Shown in pieces: positions 60,593 through 64,000 of a DNA stretch of 64,000 bases (positions are counted from its first letter, which is position 1; each line of letters begins with the position of its first letter). The notes under the pieces are model-generated. The model did no database searches and was not told the DNA's origin. It was given only the letters and a program-made list of their open reading frames with translations. The stretch is taken from contig BCKZ01000006.1 in NCBI GenBank assembly GCA_001600815.1, positions 1 through 64,000 on the forward strand, written 5' to 3'. The position numbers and the translations under genes were made by a program. The DNA comes from Alloascoidea hylecoeti. Taxonomy: Eukaryota.

Positions 60593-63166
60593 ATGCTCAC
60601 AGCGTTAAAGAGATCGAATATATCAACTACAATAAGTTCTCAATCGGTTTGTTCTGCATTGTATTTAACATCATCTCTTCAAACATCTAAAAATTATAAT
60701 GAATCTTTACATGTCACCAATTATATAAGTCGGAGATTTCGAGTTAAGAATAGTTATTCACCACCACTGAAAAGAAGAAACCCAAGCACTGTAGGAGCAG
60801 GAAGATATGATAATAGAAGTAGAAGTTATCCTTATAAACAAGGAGGTAATTATGAAACTAGAAATCAAAATAAGAAACCAAATTTTACTGGAATTACTAA
60901 GAAAGAATTAAATATAACAGATTCTTGGAATATATTTGATAATGTATCTGGAAAATTAATATCATTAAGTGATTTAGAATTAAAATCAGATACTAATAAA
61001 ACAGCAACCGGAACATATATATGGGATGCTATTAATTTCCAATCAATTTTATCACATGAAAAAGATCGATTAAATGAAATGGTTAAAAATCTTAAAATTG
61101 AAGAAATTAAAGATAGATTCAAATCTCTACAAGATATTTCATTTAAAAAAAGTATAATTCCAACAGGTATTAATTATTCAATAAAATTGGTTGAATCACA
61201 AGCTCGTAATATAAAAATAAGTGATATTAAATCAATATCTAATGAAGGTGATCTATTACCGCTTGTTATAAATCCACCAATTACAAGAATAGCTGAAATA
61301 ATTTATCGAATACAAACATCAACTTCATCTTCAATAATTTCATTATTAAAAAATTTAAAAATCGAAAATAAACAACAATGTATTGATTATATATTTGATA
61401 AATCATTTTGTAATCTTATTGCAAATAATACAACAAATGAAGCCCAACGTTCAAATATATCAATTGATTTAACAAAACCTGAAGAATGGTTTTCAAATGC
61501 AAGAAGACTTCATCGAAAAATTTATATGCATGTTGGTCCAACAAATAGTGGAAAAACTTATAATGCATTACAAAAATTAAAAAAAGCAAATAGCGGTTAT
61601 TATTCTGGTCCTTTACGTTTATTAGCAAGGGAAATTTATGATAGATTTCAATCTGAAAATATTCCATGTAATTTAGTTACTGGTGAAGAAGTTATAAATG
61701 ATTATGATAAAGATGGTAGAGTTGCTCAAATTTCAAGTGGTACCGTTGAAATGACAAATATAACAACACCATTAGATATTTCAGTAATTGATGAGATTCA
61801 GATGATTGGTGATTCAAATCGTGGGAATTCTTGGTCAAATGCTGTATTAGGATCACAAGCTAAAGAAATTCATCTTTGTGGTGAAGAAAGTACAATTGAT
61901 TTAATTAAAAAAATGGCAATTGTTTCTGGTGATGAAGTAATTATTAAAAAATATAAAAGATTAGGTAAATTAAATATTGAATCAAAATTACTTGGTTTTA
62001 CAAATTTAAAAAAAAATTTAAAAAGAGGTGATTGTATTGTTGCATTTTCAAGAAAAAATATTTTTCAATTAAAAAAAAAAGTTGAAGAACAAACTGATTT
62101 TAGAGTTGCTGTTATTTATGGGTCATTACCTCCTGAGTCAAGAGCAAGACAAGCACAAGACTTTAATAATGGTAATTATGATGTTTTAATTGCATCAGAT
62201 GCCATTGGTATGGGATTAAACTTAGGAATTAAAAGAGTTATATTTCATTCAACTATAAAGTTTGATGGTACTGAATTGGTTAAAGTTCCTATACCACAAG
62301 TTAAACAAATTGCTGGAAGAGCTGGTAGATATAAAATATCATCAAATCCTAATGCAACGGTTGATATTTCAATTTCTGGTGAAGAAGAAGAAGTTAAACA
62401 CGAACAAGATCCAGCAGTGGGATACGTTACAGCAATAGATTCGAATTCACTTAGATATGTAAGATTAGCAATGTCAACACCAACAATAAATTTAACAAAA
62501 GCAAGTATTTTTCCAAGTGATGATATGTTATTATCAATTGCTTTAGAATATAATGATACTTCATTAATTGAAGTTTTCAATACAATTAGTGAAGAAATTG
62601 AGGAATCTAAATTATATTCAATTGCAGATTTAAAACCTCGATTTAGAATTGCAAATGTTTTAAATCAAGTTTATGGATTAACATTTTCAGATCAAGTTAA
62701 ATTATCAATGGCACCGGTTAATCTTAATGAAACAATTTTAATATCAGCATTTATACAATTTTCAAGAGCGATTGCCAATCTAACCAGTAAATCAATTTCA
62801 GATTTTGGAGATATTATTGATTTAAAGATTTTAAATCTTCCAAGACCTTATAATAGCGCACAATTAAGTTCATTTGAAATATTGGATAAAGTTCTAAATT
62901 TATTTTTATGGTTATCAAATAGATTTCCAAATATAATGGTTGATAGACTTTCAGCAAGACAATTAAAGAATTTATGTGAATTAAGGATTGATCAAACATT
63001 GGAAGATATGGGACCAGCATTTAGAGATTTAAGATTGAATAAAAATGACGCATTTGCCAATAGTTTGGAACAATTTATGGATTTTGATATTGATACAGAT
63101 CTAGATATTGAAAAAGGAGAATCAGAATCAAACTCAAATCCTTCTACTGTCCAGTTAGGAGCTTAG
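60593..63166 (+). CDS. SUV3: Mitochondrial ATP-dependent RNA helicase Suv3
   Basis: PEEWF..AR..RKI.MHVGPTNSGKT, GPLRLLARE, DEIQMI, EIHLCGE, GDCIVAFS, IYGSLPPE, ASDAIGMGLNL, QIAGRAGR. First ATG at 60593, with a presequence-like N-terminus. Confidence 0.95.
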   Translation: MLTALKRSNISTTISSQSVCSALYLTSSLQTSKNYNESLHVTNYISRRFRVKNSYSPPLKRRNPSTVGAGRYDNRSRSYPYKQGGNYETRNQNKKPNFTGITKKELNITDSWNIFDNVSGKLISLSDLELKSDTNKTATGTYIWDAINFQSILSHEKDRLNEMVKNLKIEEIKDRFKSLQDISFKKSIIPTGINYSIKLVESQARNIKISDIKSISNEGDLLPLVINPPITRIAEIIYRIQTSTSSSIISLLKNLKIENKQQCIDYIFDKSFCNLIANNTTNEAQRSNISIDLTKPEEWFSNARRLHRKIYMHVGPTNSGKTYNALQKLKKANSGYYSGPLRLLAREIYDRFQSENIPCNLVTGEEVINDYDKDGRVAQISSGTVEMTNITTPLDISVIDEIQMIGDSNRGNSWSNAVLGSQAKEIHLCGEESTIDLIKKMAIVSGDEVIIKKYKRLGKLNIESKLLGFTNLKKNLKRGDCIVAFSRKNIFQLKKKVEEQTDFRVAVIYGSLPPESRARQAQDFNNGNYDVLIASDAIGMGLNLGIKRVIFHSTIKFDGTELVKVPIPQVKQIAGRAGRYKISSNPNATVDISISGEEEEVKHEQDPAVGYVTAIDSNSLRYVRLAMSTPTINLTKASIFPSDDMLLSIALEYNDTSLIEVFNTISEEIEESKLYSIADLKPRFRIANVLNQVYGLTFSDQVKLSMAPVNLNETILISAFIQFSRAIANLTSKSISDFGDIIDLKILNLPRPYNSAQLSSFEILDKVLNLFLWLSNRFPNIMVDRLSARQLKNLCELRIDQTLEDMGPAFRDLRLNKNDAFANSLEQFMDFDIDTDLDIEKGESESNSNPSTVQLGA

Positions 63167-63569
63167 AAATAACATATGATCGCATTTTGTATATAAACGA
63201 TTAATAATTAAACCATGTTGTTGCCATTGTATATAATTATAACATTTAAATTTAAATTTAAAATTAAATTTATAATACTTTTATTGGAATTAAATGAGAG
63301 ATTAAATTTTTATGATATTTATAAAAGCATTATATGTATAATATTATATAGGTTTATACATAGATCTATATTACCCTCTTTCCATATTCTAATTAGTAGA
63401 GACCCAAAACTTTTTCTAAAATCATTAGAGAATATTATTAATATTGTACCGATAAATAAAAAGAAAAGATAAAAATAAAATAAAATAAAATAAAATAAAA
63501 GATAAGCAAATTGAGAGTAGAGTAAAGGAAAAGACCATTTATTTCGGTAACTGCAATTAATTGAGTACA

Positions 63570-64000
63570 TTAAAAGTAATAATCAAGGATCTCTTGCTTG
63601 ATGTCTTTCAGAATAAAGTCGATATTAGTTTCTGAATCTATAACCATAGCATCACCATGTTTTTGCTTGTGTTTAAGAAAAGAAGCATGGTACTCGGGGT
63701 CTGTGCGTGGATCATTAGGGTCTATCAATTCCTCATCACTAGGAACTTCCATGATTTGATACTGACTCGCAACCATCGTAGATTTCATATAGTGGGAGGC
63801 TCTCGCATCGGTTCTTCTAACAAGGGTGTCCATACTGGCCCAAAGGAAAGCAAACAATATATTGACTTTAGGGCGTGAGGCATAAATAATATTATTGGTG
63901 GGTTCAGATCTCGTACCCATGGCCTGGGTCTGCAATTGGGAGACGTATAGATCGACATGTTCCCTAATGTATTTCCTATACGACTTTTTCAACATGGAGC
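63570..64000 (-). CDS. Gluconokinase (GntK/IdnK type), C-terminal part; starts beyond the window
   Basis: SMLKKSYR, F.FL..S.DTL..R...R..HYMK..MV.SQ...ME.P. Confidence 0.72.
   Translation of the reverse strand, partial: SMLKKSYRKYIREHVDLYVSQLQTQAMGTRSEPTNNIIYASRPKVNILFAFLWASMDTLVRRTDARASHYMKSTMVASQYQIMEVPSDEELIDPNDPRTDPEYHASFLKHKQKHGDAMVIDSETNIDFILKDIKQEILDYYF

Noticed and set aside
25881..63500. Short tandem repeats ((TGAA)n, (ATCAAC)n, (GAAAATG)n, (AAAAT)n) as CRISPR or telomere arrays
   Set aside because: They are simple microsatellites without spacers, in a eukaryotic context.

Overview
AT-rich budding-yeast (Saccharomycotina-like) nuclear DNA. CTG sits at conserved Leu positions, so the standard code applies. 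Introns are short and have degenerate branch points. The first 4.5 kb holds three Ty1/copia 3' ends nested in one orientation (RT/RNase H, PPT, LTR). Next come a CaMKK-type (SAK1/TOS3-like) kinase and a cluster of four mannan outer-chain genes (MNN2-like, two MNN1-like, MNN4/LicD-like), interrupted by a decayed Fot1/pogo transposase that the ORF track does not show as a gene. Then tRNA-Asp, a nitroreductase pseudogene, MKK1/2, KIN4, GLN4, spliced RPS28 and RPL34, spliced XLF/NEJ1-like, an F-box-like gene, tRNA-Val, an aldo-keto reductase pseudogene, an SKS1/VHS1-like kinase, SUV3 and the 3' end of a gluconokinase. Main points of interest: the mannan-modification cluster; an eL34 missing three of four zinc-ligand cysteines; ribosomal-protein promoters combining Rap1, Tbf1/Cbf1-type and Homol-D motifs; solo-LTR-like repeats upstream of both tRNA genes; a second MITE-like repeat family; and abundant short perfect palindromes in intergenic DNA. 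All calls come from reading the sequence by eye; no searches were run.
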